25,329 bases of DNA from Candidatus Scatosoma sp. (GCA_045535685.1 JAZSMB010000159.1:1-25329), one strand, 5' to 3'. Shown: positions 1 to 7,770, counted from the stretch's first letter. The notes: generated from the sequence alone by a model not told the origin. Numbers and translations: made by a program.

Positions 1-2
1 TA

Positions 3-980
3 CGGCAAGCGATTTGTAAGAAGTTTGAAAAGGATAACGGGCTGTTCTTCGAGCCGTGGCAAATCATCGTTTCCATCGGCGCAAAGCAGTCTATTTTTAA
101 CGCGTGCTATGCGGTTTTGGAATAAGGCGACGAAGTAATTATTCCCGCGCCCTACTGGCTTACCTATCCCGAAGTGGTAAAAGTATGCGGCGCAACGCCT
201 GTATTTTTGGAATGTAAAAAAGAGAACAAATTCAAGTTTACCGCAGAAGAATTGAAAGCGGCGATTACGCCGAAAACGAAAATGCTGATCTTCAACTCGC
301 CGTCCAACCCTACGGGCGCTGTGTATAGCGAAGAGGAAGTGCGCGCGATTGCAAAGGTGTGCGAAGAGGCGGAAATTTTCGTGCTTGCGGATGAAATTTA
401 CGAAAAACTTTGCTATAACGGCGTAAAACCCTTCTCGATTGCAAAATGCAGCGAGAAGATGAAAGATTTGACGATTACCATCAACGGCGTTTCCAAGACG
501 TACGCGATGACGGGTTGGCGCGTGGGATATCTCGCCGCACCCAAAGACGTAGCCAAAGCCATCGACTCCTTCCAGAGCCACGCAACGAGCAACGCTTGTT
601 CCATTTCGCAACACGCGACGATTCAAGCATTGTCGCTGTCGGAAGAAGATATTCAAGCGATGGTGGACGTATTTGATAAACGCAGAGCAAAGCTTTTACA
701 ACTGATCAAAGAAATCGACGGTGTGCAAGCGGTGGAACCGGACGGCGCGTTCTACGTGATGCTGATCGTGAGCGGTTTGTACGGTAAGCAGTATCAAAAC
801 AAGCCGATTACAAACTCGGTTGAATTTGCCGACGTTTTGTTGGACGCGAAAAAAGTAGCGACCGTACCCGGCGTATCGTTTGGTGCGGACGATTGCGTTC
901 GAATTTCGTACGCGCTCTCGGAAAGCGATTTGGAAGAGGGTTTGAAACGCATCAAAGCATTTGTGGAAGAACTTCAATAA
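3..980 (+). CDS. aspC: PLP-dependent class I/II aminotransferase (aspartate aminotransferase-like); 5' end outside the window; in-frame TAA at 123-125 (possible pseudogene or base error)
   Basis: The frame from nt 3 reads RQAICKKFEKDNGL...[32 protein letters not shown] and continues into the 174..980 ORF with FNSPSNPTGAVY, ADEIYEKL, the PLP-lysine motif GVSKTYAMTGWRVGY and PDGAFY. The 174 start in the ORF track results from the stop. Confidence 0.88.
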
Positions 981-994
981 TCAAAAGAAAGCTA

Positions 995-1022
995 AAAATG
1001 GGAGTTGAAACTCCTGTTTTTG
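995..1022 (+). terminator. Intrinsic terminator after aspC
   Basis: AAAAATGGGAGT-TGAA-ACTCCTGTTTTT hairpin (with G-U pairs) ending in a T tract, about 15 nt after the stop. Confidence 0.7.
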
Positions 1023-1084
1023 CTATATCCCATAAAAAAAGCAAAAAAAGTTGTGTATTTTAGGAAAAATTTTTGCGAAAGGTA

Positions 1085-1113
1085 TTGAAATTCGTTAAAA
1101 AATTTGGTAGAAT
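1085..1113 (+). promoter_or_regulatory. sigmaA-type promoter with extended -10
   Basis: TTGAAA (1085-1090), 17-nt spacer, TAGAAT (1108-1113), TG at 1105-1106. Confidence 0.7.
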
Positions 1114-1178
1114 AGTATAAACCTAAAGCAAGTGATACTTGCAGACGGGGAAGCACTAAATCTGGGAGGATTTATATT

Positions 1179-1592
1179 ATGATTAAAGTAATTTATGGCG
1201 CAAAAGGTACGGGTAAAACCAAGATGATGATCGACGCGGCGAACGCGGCGGTTAAAGAGGCGAAAGGCCACTTGATTTTCATCACCGATTCTAAGCGCTA
1301 TATGTATGATTTAGAACGCGAAGTGCGTTTCATCGACACGAGCGAATACGACGTTGCAGGCGAAGCTGCGCTTTGCGGTTTCATCAAAGGCGTTATCGCT
1401 GGTAACCACGATAACGAGTACGTATTTATCGACGGCGTCGTTCGTATTGCGGGCAAACCCGTACAAGAACTTGCGGCGTTCTTCTATATGCTTGACAAAG
1501 TTGCGAAAAACAACAATATGGTTATCACCGTTGCAGTATCGGCGGCAAAAGAAGAATTGCCCGATTTCGTAACCAAATATTTGGAAGATTAA
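1179..1592 (+). CDS. Small P-loop NTPase-like protein of a conserved clostridial family (often mis-annotated 'twitching motility protein PilT')
   Basis: 137 aa; N-terminal Walker A GAKGTGKT; Walker-B-like YVFIDG; SD GGGAGG at 1164-1169. Confidence 0.75.
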   Translation: MIKVIYGAKGTGKTKMMIDAANAAVKEAKGHLIFITDSKRYMYDLEREVRFIDTSEYDVAGEAALCGFIKGVIAGNHDNEYVFIDGVVRIAGKPVQELAAFFYMLDKVAKNNNMVITVAVSAAKEELPDFVTKYLED

Positions 1593-1683
1593 TTTTTGGC
1601 GCAAATGCGCGATAAAGACGAACGGAGTACCGCGTTTTCTCCGTTTGCACTACGGACGCAAGGCGTTTGTAAGGATTATGACA

Positions 1684-1714
1684 GCCGAGCGGTATATTCC
1701 GCTCGGCGTTTTTT
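1684..1714 (+). terminator. Intrinsic terminator after the P-loop gene
   Basis: Perfect 9-bp stem GCCGAGCGG/CCGCTCGGC with a 6-nt loop, followed by GTTTTTT. Confidence 0.8.
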
Positions 1715-1848
1715 AAGAAAGGCTTTGTAAAAAACAACCGTTTTTATGACGACGCCTTATCAACGTAAACACAACGGACAAGCAAAAACGTAAGCAGTCG
1801 CAAGGCTGTGGTTTTTGCGCGTTCAAATGATAGAAAGAGGTGGCAACT

Positions 1849-3387
1849 ATGTATTTTATCAGCACGAGAGGCGGTGAGAAAGTGACGGGTGCGCAAGCAA
1901 TCGTACAAGGGCTTGCGAAAAACGGCGGTTTATTCGTTCCCGAATCCTTCCCAAAAATCAGCGCGGAAGAAATCGAGCAAATGGCGGAAATGTCGTACGC
2001 AGAGCGCGCGGCGTTCGTTTTGGGTAAGTATCTCGCCGATGATTTGGGCGCAGACTTTTTAAAAGAAATTTGCGAAAAGGCGTATTCGAATTTCCGTGGT
2101 AACGATCCTGCTCCGCTTGTAAAAATCGATGGGAATTTATTTATATTAGAACTGTTCCACGGCCCTACGTGCGCGTTTAAAGATATGGCGCTTACCGTGT
2201 TGCCTTACCTTTTGAAAAAGAGTTGCGAAGTGACGGGGATTAAGGACGATATCTTAATTTTGGCTGCGACGAGCGGCGACACCGGCAAAGCGGCGCTGGA
2301 AGGCTTCCGCGACGTACCCGGCACGAAAGTAAACGTATTTTATCCCGACGAAGGGGTTGCGAAAATGCAACGACTTCAAATGTGCATTCAGGACGGCAAC
2401 AACGTCAACGTATCCGCGATTCGCGGCAACTTCGACGATTGTCAACGCGCCGTTAAAAAGTTATTTGCCTCCGAAGATTTCAATAACGAACTTGCGAAAA
2501 AGGGCGTACGCCTTTCGAGTGCGAACTCCATCAATTTTGGTCGTTTAGCACCGCAAATTGCCTACTATTTCTCGTCGTACGTTGACCTTTTAACTTCCAA
2601 CCAAATCGAAATGGGCGACGCGGTCGATTTCGTCGTGCCTACGGGTAACTTTGGCGATATTTTGGCTGGCTGGTACGCAAAGCAAATGGGCTTGCCCGTT
2701 CGCAAACTCGTGTGCGCGTCCAACAGAAACAAAGTACTTGCCGACTTCTTTAAAAAGGGCGTATACGACGTAAAACGCAACTTCTTCCGTACCATGCCCC
2801 CGTCGATGGATATTTTGGTATCGTCTAATTTGGAGCGATTGCTCTTTGAAATCAGCGGTAGGGACGCAAAAACTACGGCGGATAGAATGCAAGCGTTGAA
2901 CGATAAGAAAGAATACACGATTACCACCGCAGAAAAGGACGTTTTGGATAAAGAATTTTTCGGCGGTTTTGCAAGCGAAGACGATACCGTGGAAGCGATG
3001 TACGAAGTATTTGACGAATACGGCTATGCGATGGACACGCATACCGGCGTTGCGCTTGCGGTATACAATCAATACGTAGCAACCTTACAATCGGACGATC
3101 CGAAAAAGAAAGATAAAACGCCGATCGTCGTGCTTTCTACCGCAAACCCGTATAAATTCCCGCAAGACGTTTTGTACGCATTGTCGGGCAACGACGTTAA
3201 AGACAGCTTTAAGGGCATTAAGCGTTTGAATTTACTCACGGCGATGAAACCGCCCAAGTGCTTACTCGATTTGCGCTATCGGCCCTTGCGCTTTAAGACG
3301 GTCGTGGATAACGATTTGAATAAGATGGCGGCGGAAGTGCTGAAATTCGTTGACGGCGCAGTCGTTCCCGTACCCGACGCAAATTAA
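1849..3387 (+). CDS. thrC: Threonine synthase
   Basis: MYFISTRG start, ELFHGPTCAFKDMAL (PLP lysine), ATSGDTGKAA, SANSINFGRL, VPTGNFGD, DTHTGVA. Start placed at ATG 1849 because SD GAGGTG lies at 1837-1842 (the ORF track uses GTG 1840). Confidence 0.95.
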   Translation: MYFISTRGGEKVTGAQAIVQGLAKNGGLFVPESFPKISAEEIEQMAEMSYAERAAFVLGKYLADDLGADFLKEICEKAYSNFRGNDPAPLVKIDGNLFILELFHGPTCAFKDMALTVLPYLLKKSCEVTGIKDDILILAATSGDTGKAALEGFRDVPGTKVNVFYPDEGVAKMQRLQMCIQDGNNVNVSAIRGNFDDCQRAVKKLFASEDFNNELAKKGVRLSSANSINFGRLAPQIAYYFSSYVDLLTSNQIEMGDAVDFVVPTGNFGDILAGWYAKQMGLPVRKLVCASNRNKVLADFFKKGVYDVKRNFFRTMPPSMDILVSSNLERLLFEISGRDAKTTADRMQALNDKKEYTITTAEKDVLDKEFFGGFASEDDTVEAMYEVFDEYGYAMDTHTGVALAVYNQYVATLQSDDPKKKDKTPIVVLSTANPYKFPQDVLYALSGNDVKDSFKGIKRLNLLTAMKPPKCLLDLRYRPLRFKTVVDNDLNKMAAEVLKFVDGAVVPVPDAN

Positions 3388-3408
3388 TTATTCATTATGC
3401 AAAAAATC

Positions 3409-3437
3409 AGGCGGGAAAACGGTGTGTTTTCCCGTTT
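3409..3437 (+). terminator. Hairpin after thrC, probable terminator
   Basis: AGGCGGGAAAAC-GGTGT-GTTTTCCCGTTT stem-loop; the T tail is short, so termination is uncertain. Confidence 0.45.
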
Positions 3438-3560
3438 GCGTTCCACGGGAAACGGTAAAACGTTTTTACATAACCGCAATTTTATAAAAAGCGGGTTGGG
3501 TACTGAAAAAACGTGGTATAAATAGATAGAAGTTATCATATTGCAAAATAGGGGGAGAGT

Positions 3561-4430
3561 ATGTTCGGATACGTTCGCGCGGACGCGCCGTACTTGTTTT
3601 TAAAAGACGATACGCTGTATAAAGCGATGTATTGCGGACTTTGCAAAGGCATTTCCTCTGTTTGCGGTCAGTCGGCGCGGATGGGGCTTTCGTACGACAT
3701 CACCTTCCTTTCCGTTGTTTTGCATAACTTAAAAGGCGTGGACGTAAACGTTCGAAAATCGCATTGTTTAACCCATTGTATCCGTTCCAAGCAAATGGCG
3801 GACGTGGACGAAATGACCAAGCAATTAGGCGCGCTCAATACCATTTTAGCGTATTATAAGTACACGGACGATATCGAGGACGGCGACGGCGGTAAAGCCA
3901 AGCGGTTGCTCTTTAAAAGCGGTTTTTTCCGTGCGAAAAAAGCGTACCCCAAAATAGAAGAAATCGTCAAACGCAATTTATCTGAGCAAAGCCGCGTGGA
4001 AAAGAGTAAGGTGGGCAGCGCGGATCGGGCGGCGGACGCTACGGCAAATATGCTTGCGGAAATTTCCGCACTAATTTTGGAAGATAAACGCACGGAAACG
4101 ACGGATAAACTCTTTTATTCGCTTGGAAAATGGATTTATTTAATCGACGCGCTGGACGATTACGATAAAGATAAGCAAAAGGGCGCGTATAACCCGTTCG
4201 TGCTTGCTTATGCAGCCGAATGCAAAGCCGATTTACTCAAAGGCAAAAGCGGGGAAGAAGTGCAATTTATCTTCCACTCGATTTTTTATGATATTCGCGA
4301 GTGTTTATCTAAAGTAGAGTTTTGTTTCAACCGCGATTTGGTAGACAACGTACTTTTGCGCGGTTTGCCGCAAACGACCAAGCAAGTGATGACGGAAAAC
4401 GCGTGTAGAAACTGCAAAACACGCGAATAA
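3561..4430 (+). CDS. DUF5685 family protein (Asp-rich motifs suggest an isoprenoid-synthase-like fold)
   Basis: MFGYV start, YCGLCKGI, LSYDITFL, YYKYTDDIED and IYLIDALDDYDKDKQKGAYNPF match the family as I recall it; SD GGGGGAG. Confidence 0.75.
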   Translation: MFGYVRADAPYLFLKDDTLYKAMYCGLCKGISSVCGQSARMGLSYDITFLSVVLHNLKGVDVNVRKSHCLTHCIRSKQMADVDEMTKQLGALNTILAYYKYTDDIEDGDGGKAKRLLFKSGFFRAKKAYPKIEEIVKRNLSEQSRVEKSKVGSADRAADATANMLAEISALILEDKRTETTDKLFYSLGKWIYLIDALDDYDKDKQKGAYNPFVLAYAAECKADLLKGKSGEEVQFIFHSIFYDIRECLSKVEFCFNRDLVDNVLLRGLPQTTKQVMTENACRNCKTRE

Positions 4431-4477
4431 TAAAAATAAGAAAATAAACGCCCGATAAGGGAAATGGAGATAGAAAC

Positions 4478-5086
4478 ATGCAACAATATTACGAGCTGTT
4501 TGGTTTGGACGAGAATGCCACGGACGAAGAACTTTCCGCGCGCTACGAAGAACTGAAAGCAAAATACAAAGAAGACAGATGGTTGGACGGCGAAGCGGGT
4601 AACGAAGCGGCGAAAATGCTGACCAAGCTCGAAACGGCGTATCAAGAAATTTTAACTTCGCGCCGTGAACAACAGGCGAGTGAAAAAGCAGAAAACGTGT
4701 ACGAGGAAATTACGCGCTTACTCAAAGAAGACAACGTGGCAAAAGCCCAAGCTTTGCTGGACGATTGCAACGAACGCCCGGCTGAGTGGCACTATTTGCA
4801 AGCGGTGGTTTATTATAAGAAAAATTGGAGCAACGACAGCAAGAAACAACTGGAAATTGCCATGCAAATGGACCCCGATAACGTCAAATACAGAAACGCG
4901 TATGGTAAAATGAACGCGAAAAACGAGTATCAAAAACAATCGGCGGGGAATACGCAAAATCCGTATGCAAACCCCAACCCGCAAGGGGATATGAACGACC
5001 AAATGGGCGGCGGCGGTTGTTGGGATTGCTGTCAAGCCTATCTTTGTGCGAACTGTTTGATGAATTGTTGCTGCGGTTGTAGATAA
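4478..5086 (+). CDS. J-domain-like protein (HPD motif lost) with TPR-like middle and Cys-rich C-terminal tail
   Basis: YYELFGLDENATDEELSARYEELKAKYKEDRW...LETAYQEI matches the J-domain helices; AEWHYLQAVVYYKKNW...LEIAMQMDPDNVKYR is TPR-like; tail CWDCCQAYLCANCLMNCCCGCR; SD GGAG. Confidence 0.75.
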   Translation: MQQYYELFGLDENATDEELSARYEELKAKYKEDRWLDGEAGNEAAKMLTKLETAYQEILTSRREQQASEKAENVYEEITRLLKEDNVAKAQALLDDCNERPAEWHYLQAVVYYKKNWSNDSKKQLEIAMQMDPDNVKYRNAYGKMNAKNEYQKQSAGNTQNPYANPNPQGDMNDQMGGGGCWDCCQAYLCANCLMNCCCGCR

Positions 5087-5099
5087 GAAAGGCAAAACT

Positions 5100-5630
5100 A
5101 TGAAAAAAATTCCTACACGAGAAATCGCGCTGTCCGCGCTTGCTTGCGCGCTTGCCACCGTATTTTTAACGGTGGGGGTGTACTCGGAAGTGCTGCTTTT
5201 AACGGGGTATTTGCTGGCGAGTATTGCGCTTATGTTGCCGCTTGCCAAGCGTAGTTACGTAGGCTATTTTTTATCCTACGTAGCAACTTGCTTATTGGCT
5301 TTTCTCTTTAACGCCGCGCGGTTTTGGGATATTCTGCCGTTTATCGTGTTTTTCGGGTTGCACCCCGTCGTGAACGAATGGCAGTTAAAAAGCAAGATCA
5401 ATCGTTGGGTAGCGTGCGGTTTAAAAGCGGTTTGGTTCGATCTCACCGCATACCTGGTATGGCGGTTTGTGTTTGCAATGACGACAACGATTCCCTTTTT
5501 CGACCAGTACATTATTCCCGTTATTTTCGTGTTGGGAACAGCGTTTTTCGTATTTTACGATTACGCTACTTATAAAGCGCGCGCAATGGTGAATACACTC
5601 GTTGCAAAAATAGACAAAAATAAAAAATAA
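5100..5630 (+). CDS. Hypothetical integral membrane protein (about 5 TM helices)
   Basis: 176 aa, strongly hydrophobic segments with basic termini; starts 13 nt after the previous stop. Confidence 0.7.
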   Translation: MKKIPTREIALSALACALATVFLTVGVYSEVLLLTGYLLASIALMLPLAKRSYVGYFLSYVATCLLAFLFNAARFWDILPFIVFFGLHPVVNEWQLKSKINRWVACGLKAVWFDLTAYLVWRFVFAMTTTIPFFDQYIIPVIFVLGTAFFVFYDYATYKARAMVNTLVAKIDKNKK

Positions 5631-5682
5631 AAAATAAAAACGGCTTTTACGTTTCAATCAAGCAATAAGGAGGGGAACGGAT

Positions 5683-7107
5683 ATGACGAAAAAGAACGAT
5701 ATCGTATGCGGCGTAGTGGACGCCATCGGTTCGGGTGGTGAAGGCGTTATTAAGCACGAAGGCATCACGTTTTTCGTGCCTGCTTGCTTGCCTCAAGAAA
5801 AAGTGCGTTTTACCGTTTTAAAAATCAAAGACAAAATCGGCTATGGGAAGTTGGAAGAAGTGCTCACCCCTGCCGAAGAACGCGCACGGGCAAAATGTCC
5901 CGTGTTTTTGCGTTGTGGCGGTTGTACGTTGCAACATATGTCGTATCCCATGCAGCTTGACCATAAGCGGGGCGTAGTGAAAGACGCGCTCCGCAAAATC
6001 GGCGGAATTCACGCCGACGTTTTACCGACGGTAAAAAGCGATTTGCCGTATGGGTATAGAAACAAGTTACAACTCCCTATCGGCGTGGATAAAGACGGTA
6101 ACACCGTTATCGGTTTTTACGCAGAACGCAGCCATCGTATCGTGCCTGTAAACGCGTGCGCGATTCATCCTGCTTGGGCGGAAAAATTGATTGCCATTAT
6201 CCGCAGATATATGAGCGAATGCGCGGTAAAAGGATACGACGAAATGACGAAAACGGGTGCGCTTCGACATATCGTCGCAAGAGAAATCGGCGGTAAATTT
6301 ATCTTTACGCTTGTCACGGCAAAACTGCCTTTGCGCGGTATCGAACACTTGGTTGCGCTTTTAAGCGAGGCGTTCGAAACGTTTTCGCTGTATCTCAATT
6401 TAAATAACTTGGACACCAACGTTATACTGGGGAAAGAGTTTCAACTCGTACATGGTATAGGTGTTTTTGATGCGCAAGAGCAAGGAGTTACGTACGAGGC
6501 AGGACCTGCGACGTTTTTACAAGTAAACGAAAACGTACGCGGTAAGCTGTACGCGGCGGCGCTAGATAGCGTCGTGGGAGAGGGTGACGAAGTAGTAATT
6601 GACGCATACTCGGGGGGCGGACTTTTGACGGCGATGATAGCGAAAAAAGCCAAACGCGCGTACGGGATCGAGATTGAAGAAGAGGCGGTGCGGTGCGCAG
6701 ACTCGTTAAAGCAAAAGAACGGCTTGACGAATATGACGAATATTTGCGGCAGGGTAGAAGATGAGCTGCCTACCGTTTTGGAAAAAGAGAAAGGCGAAAA
6801 ATTACGCTTAATTTTAGACCCGCCGAGAGCGGGGATCGCGCGAAGCGTAGCGTTTGCGCTGTTGGCAAGCGGAATCGAAAAAATGACGATTATTTCGTGT
6901 AATCCTGCAACGCTTGCAAGGGATTTAGGTATTTTAACGGGTAGACTAATCGAAAAAGACGGCGAACTTGTAAAGAACCCTGCATACGCAGGCGTTGAAC
7001 AAGGCGAAACGCTGAACGGATATTATGAAATAGAGCGTGTTCAACCCTTCGACATGTTTCCCCAAACGAAACATATAGAAACGCTTGCTTGTCTGACAAG
7101 GAGATAA
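5683..7107 (+). CDS. rlmD: 23S rRNA (uracil-5)-methyltransferase RlmD/RumA
   Basis: N-terminal TRAM-like domain, Fe-S motif CPVFLRCGGC, YRNKLQLP, FLQVN, DAYSGGG, LDPPRAG, catalytic SCNPATLARD, FDMFPQTKHIE; SD AAGGAGG. Confidence 0.92.
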   Translation: MTKKNDIVCGVVDAIGSGGEGVIKHEGITFFVPACLPQEKVRFTVLKIKDKIGYGKLEEVLTPAEERARAKCPVFLRCGGCTLQHMSYPMQLDHKRGVVKDALRKIGGIHADVLPTVKSDLPYGYRNKLQLPIGVDKDGNTVIGFYAERSHRIVPVNACAIHPAWAEKLIAIIRRYMSECAVKGYDEMTKTGALRHIVAREIGGKFIFTLVTAKLPLRGIEHLVALLSEAFETFSLYLNLNNLDTNVILGKEFQLVHGIGVFDAQEQGVTYEAGPATFLQVNENVRGKLYAAALDSVVGEGDEVVIDAYSGGGLLTAMIAKKAKRAYGIEIEEEAVRCADSLKQKNGLTNMTNICGRVEDELPTVLEKEKGEKLRLILDPPRAGIARSVAFALLASGIEKMTIISCNPATLARDLGILTGRLIEKDGELVKNPAYAGVEQGETLNGYYEIERVQPFDMFPQTKHIETLACLTRR

Positions 7108-7109
7108 TT

Positions 7110-7502
7110 ATGCAGTTTAGCGAAATTTATAAAAGAGTTTTTGAAATCAATCCCAGCCTAAAAGATAAGATTAAAAACGAAGCAAAAGACTTTTGCGTCA
7201 TTAACTTTCATGAATATTTGACGCTTGGATTTGATGACGATTATATTGATATCAATCACGGATTCACGCATGCGCATCTTGATGGAGAGAATAACGAATG
7301 TTTTTTTGATATCATTAAAGGAAATATGATTTTTGTGGAAGATACGAGAAAATTTTTAATAAAAATGTTTTCCTTGTTACAACCTTGGAACTTAAAAATC
7401 ATGAAAAAGCAGGAATTTGAAGCAAAAAAAGCTTCGTTGATGAACAAGAAGTATTTGCGTATTTATACAACAAATGAAATCATAAAAAGAAGCGAAAAAT
7501 GA
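7110..7502 (+). CDS. AT-rich orphan protein (130 aa), probably horizontally acquired
   Basis: SD GGAG overlaps the last rlmD codons; ATG at 7110, 2 nt after the rlmD stop. Hand count gives 107 G+C in 360 nt (about 30%) over 7141-7500, clearly below the flanking genes. No family recognised. Confidence 0.65.
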   Translation: MQFSEIYKRVFEINPSLKDKIKNEAKDFCVINFHEYLTLGFDDDYIDINHGFTHAHLDGENNECFFDIIKGNMIFVEDTRKFLIKMFSLLQPWNLKIMKKQEFEAKKASLMNKKYLRIYTTNEIIKRSEK

Positions 7503-7631
7503 GACCTTTTGGAGTTACAACCCCCATTTTTCGATCATTTTGAGACCTTTTAGAGTGTTTGTGTCCGCCGTCGGCGCGAGACGAACATACATTTCGCACT
7601 TGCGAGATATATGTCTAAAACACAACCCCAT
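7500..7631. repeat. Nested direct repeat: TGAGACCTTTT(G/A)GAGT x2 and ACAACCCC(C)AT x2, with a 65-bp structured insert in the second copy
   Basis: Copy A: 7500-7515, then T, then 7517-7527. Copy B: 7541-7556, insert 7557-7621 (GTTT...AAAC), then 7622-7631. Confidence 0.75.
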
Positions 7632-7650
7632 ATAATATATATAATGTAGC

Positions 7651-7682
7651 AGGGCGAACCATCGTGTTCGCCTTATTTTTTC
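7651..7682 (+). terminator. Intrinsic terminator closing the DUF5685-rlmD-orphan unit
   Basis: AGGGCGAAC-CATCGT-GTTCGCCTT followed by ATTTTTT. Confidence 0.7.
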
Positions 7683-7730
7683 GCCGAAAAAAATTTTTTC
7701 AACTTTTTTTAAAAAAGTACGCTCAAACGC

Positions 7731-7759
7731 TTTACAAATTTAGCGCGATGAAGTATAAT
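7731..7759 (+). promoter_or_regulatory. sigmaA-type promoter of the ABC transporter operon
   Basis: TTTACA (7731-7736), 17-nt spacer, TATAAT (7754-7759). Confidence 0.75.
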
Positions 7760-7770
7760 AGCACCATAAA

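Noticed and set aside
123-125. Stop-codon reassignment (TAA read as sense)
   Set aside because: TAA is the normal terminator of most genes in the window, and I found no other gene interrupted by it.
1833-1851. T-box-like string GAAAGAGGTGGCAAC upstream of thrC
   Set aside because: It is the SD plus spacer; ATG follows immediately, leaving no room for an antiterminator or terminator, and I see no Stem I or specifier loop upstream.
5617-5640. Tandem AAAAAT repeats at the end of the membrane-protein gene
   Set aside because: Simple A-rich low complexity spanning Lys/Asn codons and the stop; no sign of a phase-variable tract.
7089-7109. ORF-track upstream starts (7089, also 1840, 7796, 18649)
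   Set aside because: Downstream ATGs at 7110, 1849, 7823 and 18715 have properly spaced SD sequences; the 7089 and 18649 starts also overlap the upstream gene.
7500-7631. Interpretation of the repeat as a CRISPR mini-array or integron attC site
   Set aside because: There are only two 16-bp copies, with unequal spacing and no cas genes. The insert ends run GTTT...AAAC, the opposite of the attC RYYYAAC...GTTRRRY order, and no integrase is present.
7631-7645. Two TATAAT hexamers
   Set aside because: No -35 or extended -10 at the right distance, they lie in a TA-rich run, and a terminator follows directly.
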